Of a DNA stretch of 64,000 nucleotides, positions 26,625 to 39,454 are shown one piece after another. This stretch comes from Camelus ferus (Eukaryota). Under the pieces are notes generated by a model. The model did not search any database. It was not told the origin of the DNA and saw nothing but the letters and a program-made list of their open reading frames with translations. The position numbers were made by a program, and so were the translations under genes. Numbering within the stretch: position 1 is the stretch's first letter; each line of letters starts with the position of its first letter. Where the stretch lies: the NCBI RefSeq assembly GCF_009834535.1, contig NC_045696.1, positions 38,132,001-38,196,000 on the forward strand, given 5' to 3'.

Positions 26625-26890
26625 ACTTTATTTTAGAACAGTTTTAGATACACAGAAAAATTGAAGACAATACTGATAGTTCACATATACCCCACATCAG
26701 TTTTTCCTATTATTAACATGACACATCTATTATAATTTTTAAAATATTGATATATTATCGTTAATTAAAATCTACGCATTTTCTTAGTTTTACCTCACGT
26801 CTTCTTTTTTTTAAATTCCAAGATCCTTTCCAGGGCGCCACACTACATTTAGCTGTGTTATTTCTTTAGGTTCCTTTTGGATATGACAGT
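26625..26890 (-). mobile_element. Old L1 3' UTR fragment (L1MC-like)
   Basis: TTTTAGAACAGTTTTAGATACACAGAAAAATTG..., similar to the starts of the fragments at ~46095 and ~49125. Confidence 0.6.
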
Positions 26891-28555
26891 TCATGTCTAA
26901 TATTTTAACTCATATTCTAACAGTATAATTTTTTAAAAATTCTACTTTTTAAATTATTCTTTCCTTTTAGTATTAAACCTTATAGTAACAGACATACTTA
27001 ACTATTCTTGAGAGTGTTGGTGGACCCCATCTATGTTGACCTTGTCTTTAAGATCTACTAATTAAATCTCAAATTTATTTTGTATTAGAGTATTCTTCAA
27101 ACACCTGTGCCACTGATAATTAATATTCTTTTAATTCAGGCTAGTTTTCGACATTCTGTATGCAAAAAAATTTTTCTCTTGCAACTTTTACTGTCTCTGG
27201 TGAAGAAATAATATAAAATTTACTTCTAAATTATCCATGAGACTAGATATAACATCTTGTAATAATACACTGGTACTTGTATGGGAATCTTAGTATGAAT
27301 AAATACAAAATGGCGTCCTATTGAATCTTTCAGTTCTTACTGCTGAAAACTGAGTGAAAACATTTTATTTTTGTTAAAGGCTATTCAAGAATTTTCATCT
27401 TTGTAGAATTTGTTCTATAGGGCAGGAAGAAGGGTTTAAATTTGATTGGTGGCATAAAAAGTCACTATGGAAATATCTTTGCAAACATACACTGATGGAA
27501 GAACATGAATCCATTAAAATAGCTTTATACATTACCTTCTAATAAAATGTGTCAGTCTCTAAAAAATCCTCCAGTGGTTGAAAGATTTGAAGAAGTACCT
27601 CACAACTGTCTAAACTACTGCCTTAATTAAGACATTGCACTGAAAATTTTAGCCAAAAAATTTGATAAAAAACTATAATAAAAAATTCCTGAGAAATAGC
27701 ACCATACCCAAGAAGGTCTAACATTGAGAAGAAAATGAAAGATCAGAATATATCTACAACAGAATCAAATTGTTGGAGAGAGAATTTGAACAAAAATGCA
27801 ATAATAATTCTTGAGAAATTTTAAGTATAACATACACAAAAAATGTTTCCAACGTCTTTTTAAATGAAGATAGTTTTGATCGCTAATATCTCTCTAACCT
27901 TCTGTAACAATCCCAATGTTATTTTAAATACTATTTTAACTTTAATTTCAAAACCAAATTAAAATAGTACAAAATTAAAACTGCTTATCTCACTAGTGAA
28001 TGTACATAAGAGATATTAAGTAAAACATTAAGAAACTGAACACAGCAATTTATCAATAGAATACTGTTCTAAGAAACTTGTAGAGACTTGTCCTATTAAT
28101 GGCACTTGGCACCTTTGCAACATGTGTCTTCTACTCTAGTAATTTGTCACATTTCACATCCAAAATATCCATTTAGAAAGCAGAACTTACCTACAAGGCT
28201 CCCTTGCTTCTACCTATAGGAGTCTTTGCTTCATAAGAAATAATTCATAAGAAAGGTTCAGCATATAGAGTCCATTTTCTGCTTTAACTATTTGTAAGTG
28301 ACTCTAAGGTATTTAGAGGTAGTATTTGCAATGGAGAATTGTGACTGACACAAGCAGCTTATAAGAGTAATTCAAGCATCTTAAAATTGTAGGCTATCAG
28401 TAGATTAATTTCATCAACAAATTAAAAGACAAAATATATGATCACACAAATTGTGCTAAAATGACACTTGATTATACTGAAGATATGTGGGGAAAAAAGA
28501 CTAAGTAACAGGTAAGTAGACTTTTTACCAAAATTTAATGACAATATAGTCTGGG

Positions 28556-29194
28556 TGAGACAGGAAGGGGGCAGGGCACAGCCATTCAAGGAATGCTACA
28601 GCAATTAACATCAAAATGGTGAAAGATTCAACCCCCAGTAGGCCTTGAGGCTCAAGATGATGGGAGATTTAACTTCTAGTAGATCTTAAGCTTCATTATA
28701 TGCTTACTTGTACTATGTTAGCATGATGAATAACAAGCCTACAGGTGCCATGACAGTCACAAGGCTAGCCACAAAAGGTCAAAGAGTGGGAAATGGCCAA
28801 CTTCCTGGGAATCCCAGCCCCTTCCCCAGGCTACTTAGACTGGTCCTTCCACTTATTAGCATATGAAACCACTGAGCCAATAAAAACTGGCAAGATGGTG
28901 CCTCGCCTCATGGCTGCCCTCTCTCTCTCCCTTCAGAGACTGCCTGCACTTCTGTCCATGGAGTGTGTACCTACTTTTAATCTGAGCACCCAACCCCCAC
29001 CACACCTTATGGCCTTTCTCTTACCTTTCAATGTATCTTTCTGAATAAATCTACCTTTACTCAACTGTGGCTCACCCTTGAATTCCTTCCTGTGCAAAGC
29101 CAAGGACCCACACCTGGCGGGGCACATCCCAGGGGCTCAACCGAAGCCTCTGACACAGCCCTTCCCCACCTCCCACATCTGTTTTCCTGCATCA
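28556..29194 (+). mobile_element. Solo ERV1-type LTR, copy B
   Basis: TGAGACAGG...CCTGCATCA with perfect 4-bp TSD TGGG (28552-28555 / 29195-29198). AATAAA at 29044. Confidence 0.9.
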
Positions 29195-29404
29195 TGGGCA
29201 CTGTATCTTGTAGATATAAAACCAGCAGTACCTAAGTGTATGTACACAAAAATATATACTATAAAATTTTCTATAGTGATAAAAAAATTGCAAACAAAGT
29301 GAATTTCCCTCAATAAGAGAATGGCTAAGTAAATGATGGTATATCTCAGACATTATGAAGCTATAAAAAGAATGACAGTTCCAGTTTTAAATGAGTCCAT
29401 CAGG

Positions 29405-29865
29405 TTTTGTTTTTTGTTTTTGTTTTGTTTTTTAGTATATATATATATATATTTTTTATTGAAGTATAGTCAGTTTACAATGTTGTGTCCATTTCTGGTA
29501 TACAGCATAATGCTTCAGTCATACATGAACATATATATATTTGTTTTCGTACTCTTTTTCACCATAAGTTACTACAAAATATTGAATATAGTTCCCTGTG
29601 CTGTACAGTATGAACTTGTTGTTTATCTATTTTATATATATCAGTTAGGATCTATAAATCTCGTACTCCCAATTTATCCCTTCCCACCGTCCTTCTTCTG
29701 CTGGTAACCATAAGTTTGTTTTTTATGTCTGTGAATCTGTTTCTGTTTTGTAAATAAGTTTGTTTGTCTATCTTTTTTCAGATTGCACATATAAGGGATA
29801 TCATATAGCATTTTTCTTTCTCTTTCTGACTTACTTCACTTAGAATGACGATCTCCAGTAATGCC
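29405..29865 (-). mobile_element. 5'-truncated L1 3' end inserted in an older L1
   Basis: T-rich tail, then ATTGAAGTATAGTCAGTTTACAATGTTG...TCTGACTTACTTCACTTAGAATGA. CATCAG is duplicated at both ends. Confidence 0.85.
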
Positions 29866-30419
29866 ATTTGCATCAGTTGTTGTTGACTGAAAATGGAAAG
29901 ATGCAGATTCCTCTCTGGTGAATGGGGCATGGTAGGAGAGGGTGACTAGAGAACTGCTGTTTGTTGTTGTTTGTTTGGATGTGGGAGGATGAGATAGTTG
30001 CAGTCTCCCAGCGAATGCAGAAGACCTGTGTTCTAAGTACGTAGTTTGATTTGAACAAAGAGTAGAACGTGGGACAATAATAAGGGAACCAGATTCTTTG
30101 CAAATTAAAAAAACAAAAAAACAAAAAAAAACCTTAAGAGAGTTTTTACCTGTGTCAGGGATAAAACAGCTGTTTATGTTTCAACTTCATGCAAACTTTT
30201 ATAGAGTAACTCCCTTCTCAGAGTACCCTGAATAAGTGGCCCAGGTGGGGACTTACTCCAAAGTCTGTCCATGAACCTGGGGAATAGACAGAAAAGACTT
30301 TTATCTAATTTTTAAATTTTTTTTATTTAAAGAATTTTATTTTGGACTTTAATATTAAATATCAGACTCATCAAATTCACAGCAAAACAAGCATAAACAT
30401 CTAGATCTAACTTTCAAGA

Positions 30420-31590
30420 TCTTTTTAAAATTGAGGTATGTTGTATGCTAACCATATTAGTTTCAGGTGTTCAACTTGATCTGATACTGATATAAATTGC
30501 AGATATCACCACAATGTCTAGTTAACACTTATCACTTTACATTGTTACAATTTTTTTTCTTGTGATAAGAACTTTAAAAATTTATTAGCAATTACTATTT
30601 GTTTTATTGTTGTTTTAATTGTTAACCTCTAGTACCATTTGACATTTTAAACTAGATACATCTATTACTTTGATCAAATTAATTAATACAAAGTAATGTT
30701 TAAAAGGAAAATCAGATGCTCTTTATGTGGGTTTTGTGTCTTTTTTCCATGTAAACAGTAAATGCTGGAGAGGGTGTGGAGAAAAGGGAACCTATCTATA
30801 CTGTTTCATGTGCCTGTTGGCCATCTGGATGTCTTCTTTGGAGAGATGTCTATTTAAGTCTTCTGCACATTTTTTGATTGGGCTGCTTGTTTTTGGGTTT
30901 TTTTTTTTTGATATTAAGATGTATGAGCTGTTTGTATGTATTGAAAATTAGTCCATTGTCAGTCACATCATTTGCAAATATTTTCTCCTATTCTATAGGT
31001 TGTCTTTTTGTTTGTTGATGGTATCCTTAGCTGTGCAAAAGCTTACAAGTTTAATTGGGTCTGATTTGTTTATTTTTGCTTTTATTTCCATTACTCAGGA
31101 GCTGGTTCAAAAAAATACTGCTGCAATTTATGTCAAAGAGTATTCTACATATGTTTTCCTCTAGGAGTTTTATAGTATCTGGTCTACATTCAGCTCTTTA
31201 ATCCATTTTGAGTTTATCTTGGTGTATGGTGTTACATGGTTTTGTATTTCCATAGAAATTTAAAAAAATTTTTTTCCAGTTCTGTGAAAAATGTCATTGG
31301 AAATTTCATAGGGATTGCATTGAGTTTGTACATTATCTTGGGTAGTACACAGAGTATCTTTCCATCTATTTGTGTCATTTTCAATTGCTTTCATCACTGT
31401 CTTATAGTTTTTTGAGTACAGGTCCTTTGCCTCTTTAGATAGGTTTATTCATAGGTATTTTATCCTTTTTGATGCAATGGTAAATGGGATTGTTTCCTTA
31501 AAAAATTTCTATGGAGAATCTGTAAAAATACCAAATCACTACGCTATACACCTGAAACTAATACTGTAAATCAAATATACTTCAGTTTAA
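30420..31590. mobile_element. L1 fragments in mixed orientation
   Basis: 30420-30590 minus-strand 3' end; ~30752-30803 plus-strand ORF2 ([10 protein letters not shown]); ~30804-31500 minus-strand ORF2; ~31533-31590 plus-strand 3' terminus. Confidence 0.8.
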
Positions 31591-34500
31591 AGAGTGCATT
31601 AAACTTTCATTGCCACACACACAAAAAAATAGTTTTCTAATCAAGCAAACTACACATTTGGAATCACTTCTGTTCAAACTACATTTTTTTTTGCATCACT
31701 TCTGTTCATTTTTAACAATTTATACTTTACTATTTGGCTGTCTCATGTGCTATGTCATCTCCTTCCTTCAAGTGTTCCTAGATCTTGTAAATACATAATC
31801 ATTTGTCTGTAAATTCCCATAGAAACTTACTTACACCTACACTTAGAATTCAACATATTGTTTATTAGGGCAGTTTAGTCTTTACTCTTTAGCTGAATAT
31901 GTTCTCTTTTTCCTTGTAGATTGATTCTTCACTCTTGTCTACCATGACATCTGCCCTTATAGTCTTTTCCATCAACGAGTTGCATATTGAGGAGCCCTGG
32001 CAGATGAGGAGAGACGAGAAGGAGAGGAGAGGCATTTACCCTCCCTCCTAGGCTACATTCTGTGACCTAAGATAACTGCTCCTCTCCAGAGAGTCCCTCC
32101 ATAGGACTCTCTCTCCTGCAATTGTTTCCTCTCTTCCTCACTGTAGTCCTGGGCTACCCACCCTGAGGTTCCCCTATAATTGGCTGGCAAATTTCTATAA
32201 AGTAGCTTTGTAAATTAAAAATCAGTGTATCCTAATTTACATATGACCTCTCTTTCTTCTTGATATCTTGAATGACAAACTTACATAGGAAAGTGTAATT
32301 TCTTCTAGTGATAGAGAACATACCTTGTGCTTCTCTTCACCTTTGTATACATCCAGGGCAGAGTTCCTTCAATGTAGTAGATGATGCTTAATAAATATGA
32401 AATCAATTATATTGGATATCACCTTGAGATGAACATATTACTGAAAACTCCATGCATTAAATATAATTGTAAGAGAACTACTGATTTTGTCTTAATTTAT
32501 CCAACTGTGGAAATATGTGAAGAGTTTATTTTGACAATATTGTGTCTGCAAATGTCAAAATAAGGCATAGCTACCTAAAATACTTTAAAGAGTCTCCTTT
32601 TAAACAATAAGTCTAACACAACACAAACTATTAAAGGATTGTTTCTTAGTACATTATTTAAAATTACTTAAAATTAAGCATGAGACATAGTAATTCTTAA
32701 TAGTACACTAAATAGCAATTATTGTGAGACAGTCCATAAAAGCAAAATGAATCAATGCAGAAAAATAATTTTTATTTTTCATAAAATGTTGAAAATCTAA
32801 AATTTAGAAATCATTACCTGGCATTTTCACTTTAATACATTTTCCTCTTATATTTTCTACTGATGCTTCTGAAAGACACTTCTGATAATACAAGTCCCTC
32901 TAGTGGCATCTGATGTAAAATTTGTAATATAAATAAAAGTTATAATTTTTCTTAGTGTTTAGAGAATAGGTTAAGACATTTAAGAATTATTAATAAAATT
33001 GATATTTAGAAATAATGGAACAACCAGTCATTTATTTGCTGCAATAATGTTTCATTCTAATATAGCATATATTTATTCTTTAAATTTATTTCATTATATT
33101 AATTTTGTCAAATTAATTTAAAAATTAATAAATAAGAACATTTTCCATTGAAAAGGACAGTTTGATATGGGGCAGGGGGAATTTATTTCTTAAACACCTA
33201 TTCCATGTTAGATCTTTTATCCATTAATTCATTTAATTTCATCAACAATGAGCTTTTAAAATAGTATAATTTTCACTTTAATGAAAATAAAACTCAGAAA
33301 ATAATGTCACATGTCTAATTAGTGCCAGAGTAAAGGGTTTATCTAAGGCACTTTTTACTATACATCCCAATTAAATAAAACTTTAAAAATGAAGAGAAAG
33401 ACTGACATGTACCCAGAAAATTTTGACAGCTAGTTCTAAACTGACAAGTAGAAGGGCAATACTAAGCTATAAGGTGAAAAGGTCAAAAAGAGGTTTTTAA
33501 ATCTCTGTAATTCTGATATAATTAAATTGACTTTCCCATATTTTTTTAACCAGATAGTGTCTTACTGAAAGGTGAATTAATAAGCAACTTGCTTCATATT
33601 TAAATTAAATTTTAAATCTGACCATTTAGCATTTTGTATTTATGACTATTCGGGATCTGACTTCTGCTGAAATTATGTAAGGGCTGTCTTGTACTAAGCA
33701 ACATTAGGCCATGTCAGAATAAAAAATAAAATATATGAAATTTATGTAATATGACACTTCTTAAGATAATCTTTATTTTTAGTCTGAAAAACCAACAAAA
33801 AGAAGCATAGTTGTATGGGAAATGAGAGAAACCCACTTTGGAAATTTTCCCCAATTTCCCTGGAAAGGACTACAAAAAAAGTAAAATTGTTGACAATCTA
33901 CTTTATTTCTATTTTAATTGAGGTGTAATCTGAGTTATGATCATGCTATTCTTTTAATATTTATGTTTCTGATCTGGTTAATATTTTAATATTATGTGCT
34001 TATAAAAGCAAATTTAATATTTGTTCATTATCAGTGTGCCCCCAAATTGTCACTCCTTCCAGGCAATGAAAAAATAATTCTAGTATTTCCACATTACATT
34101 ATTACCTAACTAAATTCACCTTTGTCGTGCTAGTTCTTTCTCTGTGCTGCGAATGAATTCTCAAACAAGACCCTTAGTTAGCTGCTATTCACAAAATTAT
34201 TTGCATTTGACTAGAAAGAGCTGATGTAGAGTATCCCTGAATGAGATAAATGTTTAAAGCTGACTTTTCTTAAGCGCATTTTCATGGGCAAAGAGACACC
34301 ACACTGCTGGGGATGTTTCCTCTAAAGTGTTCTGATGCCATATACATCTTCCCTGGCCATTGGCAGATAATCCCTAACTTCTCATCTGGACTTTCAGCAT
34401 TATAATTCCAGCGTCTTTGAGCAGCCATCTTCCAGACCATCCAAGTGGCCCTACGGAAAAAAAGTCAGGTTGTTTCTTTCTCCTTGGCCCACATTTGATC

Positions 34501-34899
34501 TTTGAGAAAAGCTCGCATTTATCCTGCTATCTGTGAGAATGCAGAAGATTTCCAGTCTCGGTGTTTACTCTGCTAACACAGGCTGCTTCAGCATGCCTCT
34601 CAATCTTTAGACACCAGACTATTGTTTCCAACAAGATCACCAGATCCCTCTTTTTGAAGTGCACACTCATTTGCTTGAAAGGGAGGGGAAGCATATGCTA
34701 TATAGAGTAGAGTGATGACAACCTCCTGTCCCTTACTTTTTTCCCCTTACCTTCCCCAAACTGTATGTGTTTAAAGCTACTATTTGTATTGGCTGCTGAT
34801 GGCCAGAGGCTACATAAACTGGAAAATTAGGACTGCCAGCCTTCAGTTTAAATAAGCCCACATTGAGAGAGAAAGAGTACTTTAATTTGAGATGAATTT

Positions 34900-35550
34900 C
34901 AAAGATTTTGAAAATCATTCTGAGCATTATTATTCACTTATCTATCTTCTGAGAAGAATCTCTTCAAATGGTTATTCACATTTTACTTTTGAATTGTCTT
35001 ATATGGAATTCTTCGTATATCCTGGTTTGAATTCTGTTGTCATACATATCATTGTAAATATTTTCTTGGTTTGTTGCTTGCCTTTTCATTCATTCCTTAG
35101 GGATGGTTTTCAAAGAACAGGAGTCTTTTTTTTCTTTTTAATGACATCCAACTTATCTTTTTTTTTTCCTTTTTATAAGTGCTTGTTGTATCCATTATAA
35201 AATTCTTTACCTTTTCAAATCTATTCCTAGACATCAAATCTTTAGGATGTCATCTAAAAGTTTTATAGGTTTAAATTTTACTTTCATGTATATGACATAT
35301 TAAGAATTGAATTTGTATGTAAAGTCAGAGAAAAGATTTATTTATTTCTGTATAAGTATTTAGTTGTTCCAGCACTATTTTTAAAAAAGAATAAAACCAT
35401 CTTTTCCCATTGAATTATCTTGGTACCTTTGTCAAAACTCAATTGATCATGAATGTATGGGTCTATTTCTGACTCTATATTTTGCTCCATTGATCTCTGT
35501 TTATATTTATATCTATATCACATACTGTTGATTTTTATAGTAGGTCTTGA
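34900..35550 (-). mobile_element. Old L1 ORF2 fragment
   Basis: TTGTTCCAGCACTATTT...CTTTTCCCATTGAATTATCTTGGTACCTTTGTCAAAA...GGGTCTATTTCTGACTCT. Confidence 0.75.
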
Positions 35551-35559
35551 AATCACTAT

Positions 35560-37272
35560 TTTAGAATGGGCCAATGTCCCTTTCCAAAGCTCCAGAGAGT
35601 GGAACAGAGATTTCACCCAATGGGAAAGGCAGACCATAAGAACAGAGTTTAAATCTCTCTCCAAGGGAACTGACTTTATTTGGAATAGAGTATGAGAAAG
35701 TCCAAGCCTAAGGTCACTCTAAAAAATCAATGGATATTTCGGTGGTAAGTATTTAAGAGGAGTCTAGTGGGTCCATGAGAGCAACAAGCTAAACAGTAGA
35801 CCAGCTAGTTTACCAGAAAGAACCAGTGAAAGAAACAATAAAGGGAATCCTTCCTGGTATCAGAATTAACCTCAAAGACTTGCTTCTAGAACTACCCTGG
35901 CAAAGCAGTCTATACTTAATTGCATCACACTATAAAATACTGTATACAAATAATAAATAATAAATCAATCAACAACAATTAATATAACCTAACAGCTGGG
36001 TATGATACCAACTGAGGAAAATCACTAAACAGAGAGATCAATGAAAGGAACAAAGAGAGCCTCTGATGAATTCACTGTCATCTCAAGGTGACTAGATACA
36101 TGTCCAAGGATAGGTCCTCTGGGGAGTAACATCAGAAGTTTTAAACTAAAGGAAAAAATAAACATCACCATAATAATCCAACTAAGTTACCAAGAAATAA
36201 ACAAAGCCCTAAAGTAGGAGAATCAGTAACCAGAATTGCTACAATGTCTAAAATGCCCAGTTGTCAACCAAAAATTATTAGACAGGCAAAGACACAGAAA
36301 AATTGGCCCATATACAAAGGAAAAAGCAGGCAACAGAAACTGGCTAGATAAGGGACAAATGTAATTAGGAGACAAAGACTTCAAAGAAGCTACTACAATT
36401 ATGTTCAGAGAACTAAAGGAAACTATACTTAAAGAAGTAAAGGAGGATATGGTGACACTGTCTCATTAATTAAATGGAAAGAAATAATAAAAATTAGAGC
36501 AGATACTAATGAAATAGAGTATAGAAAACAGTAGATAAAAAAGAATAAAACCAAAATTTGCTTCTTTGAAAAGATCAATAAAATTGACAAATCTTTACTT
36601 AGACTGACCAGGGGAAAAAAAGATTCAAATTACTAAAAACAGGAATGAAATAGAGAATATTAGTACCAATCTTAAAGAAGATTTTGAGGAAATATGAACT
36701 ACTATATGCCAATAAATTAAATAACTTAGATGAAGTAAGCAAATTTCTATAGAGTCCCAAATTGGAGAAACTGACTCAAGAATAAACTATTTGAATTAAC
36801 CTACAACAAGTGAACAGATTGAGTAGGAAACTTAAAAACTTCCCACAAGACAAGCCCAGGTACAAATGGTCTCACTGGTGAATGCTACCACAATTTTAAA
36901 GAAGAATTAATAATAATCCTTCCAAGAAATAGAAGAGGGAACACTTCCCAGTTCATACTATGTGGTCAATATTTCTCTAAACCCTAATGCAGACAGAGAT
37001 ATCACAGGAAATGAAGACTACAAGCCAATATCTCTTATAAATATGATGTAAAATTTCTCAACAAAATATTTACAAACCAAGTCTAACAACATGTAAAAAG
37101 AATAACACACTATGACTAGTGGGATTTATCCCAAGAATACCAAGTTAGTTTAAAGTCTGAAAATCAACTAATCTAATCTACCATTTTAATAGAGGACAAA
37201 ACCATATGATCATTTCAATAGACACAGAAAAATCATGTGACAAAATGCAACACCATTTCAGGACAAAACCAC
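35560..37272 (+). mobile_element. Old L1 (5' region joined to ORF2 RT fragment)
   Basis: TTCTTTGAAAAGATCAATAAAATTGACAAA and CTACAAGCCAATATCTCTTATAAAT (YRPISL-like). ORF 37206 begins MIISIDTEK (L1 IISIDAEKAFD). Confidence 0.8.
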
Positions 37273-38803
37273 TTTGTATAGTAAAAGGTACCTATTCCCC
37301 TCTGCCAGGGAGAAAGCCTAGGATTTCAGCCTACGTTGTAGACTGCCCAGGATTTCAGGTTCCACCAGTTCTTTTGGCTGGGAACCTTTGGGAAGTGCAA
37401 AAACTATACAAAGCTATAAATCTCTCTGCCTATAGTCTGAGTAGACACCTAAACACATTGGAAAGACTCAACTGAAGCAACAGAGGTATGCTTTACCTGG
37501 AACATTCCATGATATGGAATGTTAATTCAGATAGTGTCTTATACATCTCCATAGAGTTTTTCATGTCCCAGGGTGGACCTGCAGTAGCAGAATGAGTCCC
37601 ATGCATCTAGTTCCATGCATCTATGAACATAATTCAGAAAGTGATTATACCTATGTGACCTTTAGGAAGACAATAAGGAATAGATTAGCTGAAACCAGAA
37701 TGGACAGACAAATGAGGAAAACACAAGATGAAGAGTGTCTCAGCAGAAGATGGTAGGAGAGACAACACTGAGACTAGAAATCTTCAACCCCAACACTGAG
37801 ATTTGATGTTCCTAAAGCCACCACATCCAACAATAACAAAATCTTGTTGAAATAGAGGCATAACTCTGGAGAAAGGAATGTGCAGATCCCTGAAATAAAT
37901 AATGCAATTTTATTTCTGACAAAATGAAAACTTGAAATTAAAATTAAGTTGAATTATGAGAAAATGTTATATTTCTTGTACCTGAGTTTGTGTCATAAAC
38001 TGTGCATCTACTAACTAGAATAACATATAATAACCACCTTTAATAGCCAGGCCCTGGCAAGAATTTTAGAGCCTCTTGTAAATTACTGTGCTTGATTTTG
38101 TGTTTCTACCACCCAACAAAGAAAAGTCTGAAATACTGAGATATCATTAAGCATGATATCTGAGATTATTTTATATAGCTCTGTGAGGATAAACAAGACA
38201 GTCTTCGTATTGACTTGAACAAATATGGGGGGGGGGGAGAGTAACTTCATAGATCTTCAGTTTAATCTTGAGCATTTTGAACTTAATGACAACATTTAAA
38301 CCATCCAGACTTCATAATTTATAGGACCATTCTGTTCAATTTTCACATGATTACCTAGACAATGGCAAATGCTTGCTTCTCTCTCTGAGAGTTAAAGAAC
38401 AAACATTATTGGCAGTATTCGCTTTCCTAACTCATTGGGGTTTACCTAAAAACCTCCTGTATGGCATCCCACTCTGTTGTTGATGCCCACCTCACCTGAT
38501 CCCACTCTCACTATTCATAAATTATCCTTTTCTTTATCTCTGTGGCATTCAATTAACCCTTTTTCAAAGGCACTGTGAAGACTCCATATTTTCCTCCACT
38601 ATAAAAATAAATGCTCTAAGCCATTATCTTGATGTGTTAAGCCCATCCAAACTTGGCAACATTAGAAAGAAATCATCATGAGACCATGCAACCTAAAGAT
38701 TCAAAAGCAAAATATTGCATTTTACCATCCTGAGGGGCTTATTTATTTATTTATTTTTTACCATACTTGCCAACATGTAAGCTCCTTTCTTGAGATGCAG
38801 CAG

Positions 38804-39454
38804 TGATGAACCTGAAACCAAGCAGGACCCTGCAGGATATTCCCAGAGACAAACTTCCATGTCTCCTGCCTGCCTCTTATTTGTAGTAAAACTTTAGCCC
38901 CCTAGGCCTTCCCTGAGTTCCAAAGAGGAAATTTAATCAGAGAAGTGAGAAACTGCAGAAACAAAGGAAAACAGTCAAGCAAGATAAAATAATAAGTGTT
39001 TAGCCATAAAACAAAATCAAGAACCTTCTGTCCCACCTCAAGGGTTATAGATAATATCCTGAACCATATACTTGAGTTGTTTTGCAGACACTAAAACCCC
39101 AACCAGGTAGAAGAAGTTAATTGCTGACCACCAGCACGTAGACCTTAGATCCACTGAAGCCAGAAAACTGATAATTGAGATTGTCATAACATCACACGGT
39201 TACCTCACCATCAGCCAATCAGAAGAATGTACATAAGCTGATCATGCAACTCTCAACCCTCCCTCTCAACTTGTCTTTAAAAACCCTTCCTTGAAATCCA
39301 TCGGGGAGTTTGGGTCTTCTGAGCATGAGCTGCCCATTCTCTTTGCTTGGCCCTACATCTGGCATCTTGCAATAAATAAGTAACTTTCCTTCACCACAAG
39401 CTGATGTCAGTAGATTGGCTTTACTGCACATTAGACGAGTTTGGTTTGGTAACA
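38804..39454 (+). mobile_element. Solo LTR (ERV1-like)
   Basis: TG start and ...TTTGGTAACA end. CCAAT ~39214, TTTAAAA ~39276 and AATAAA at 39371 occur in U3-R-U5 order. TSD unclear. Confidence 0.7.

Noticed and set aside
29870..30131. Unique-looking sequence ending ATTAAA + A-tail next to an inverted L1, suggesting a 3' transduction or retrocopy
   Set aside because: The young L1 has its own CATCAG duplication, the sequence after it appears to continue the older L1 3' UTR from 29200-29400, and no TSD brackets the whole unit.
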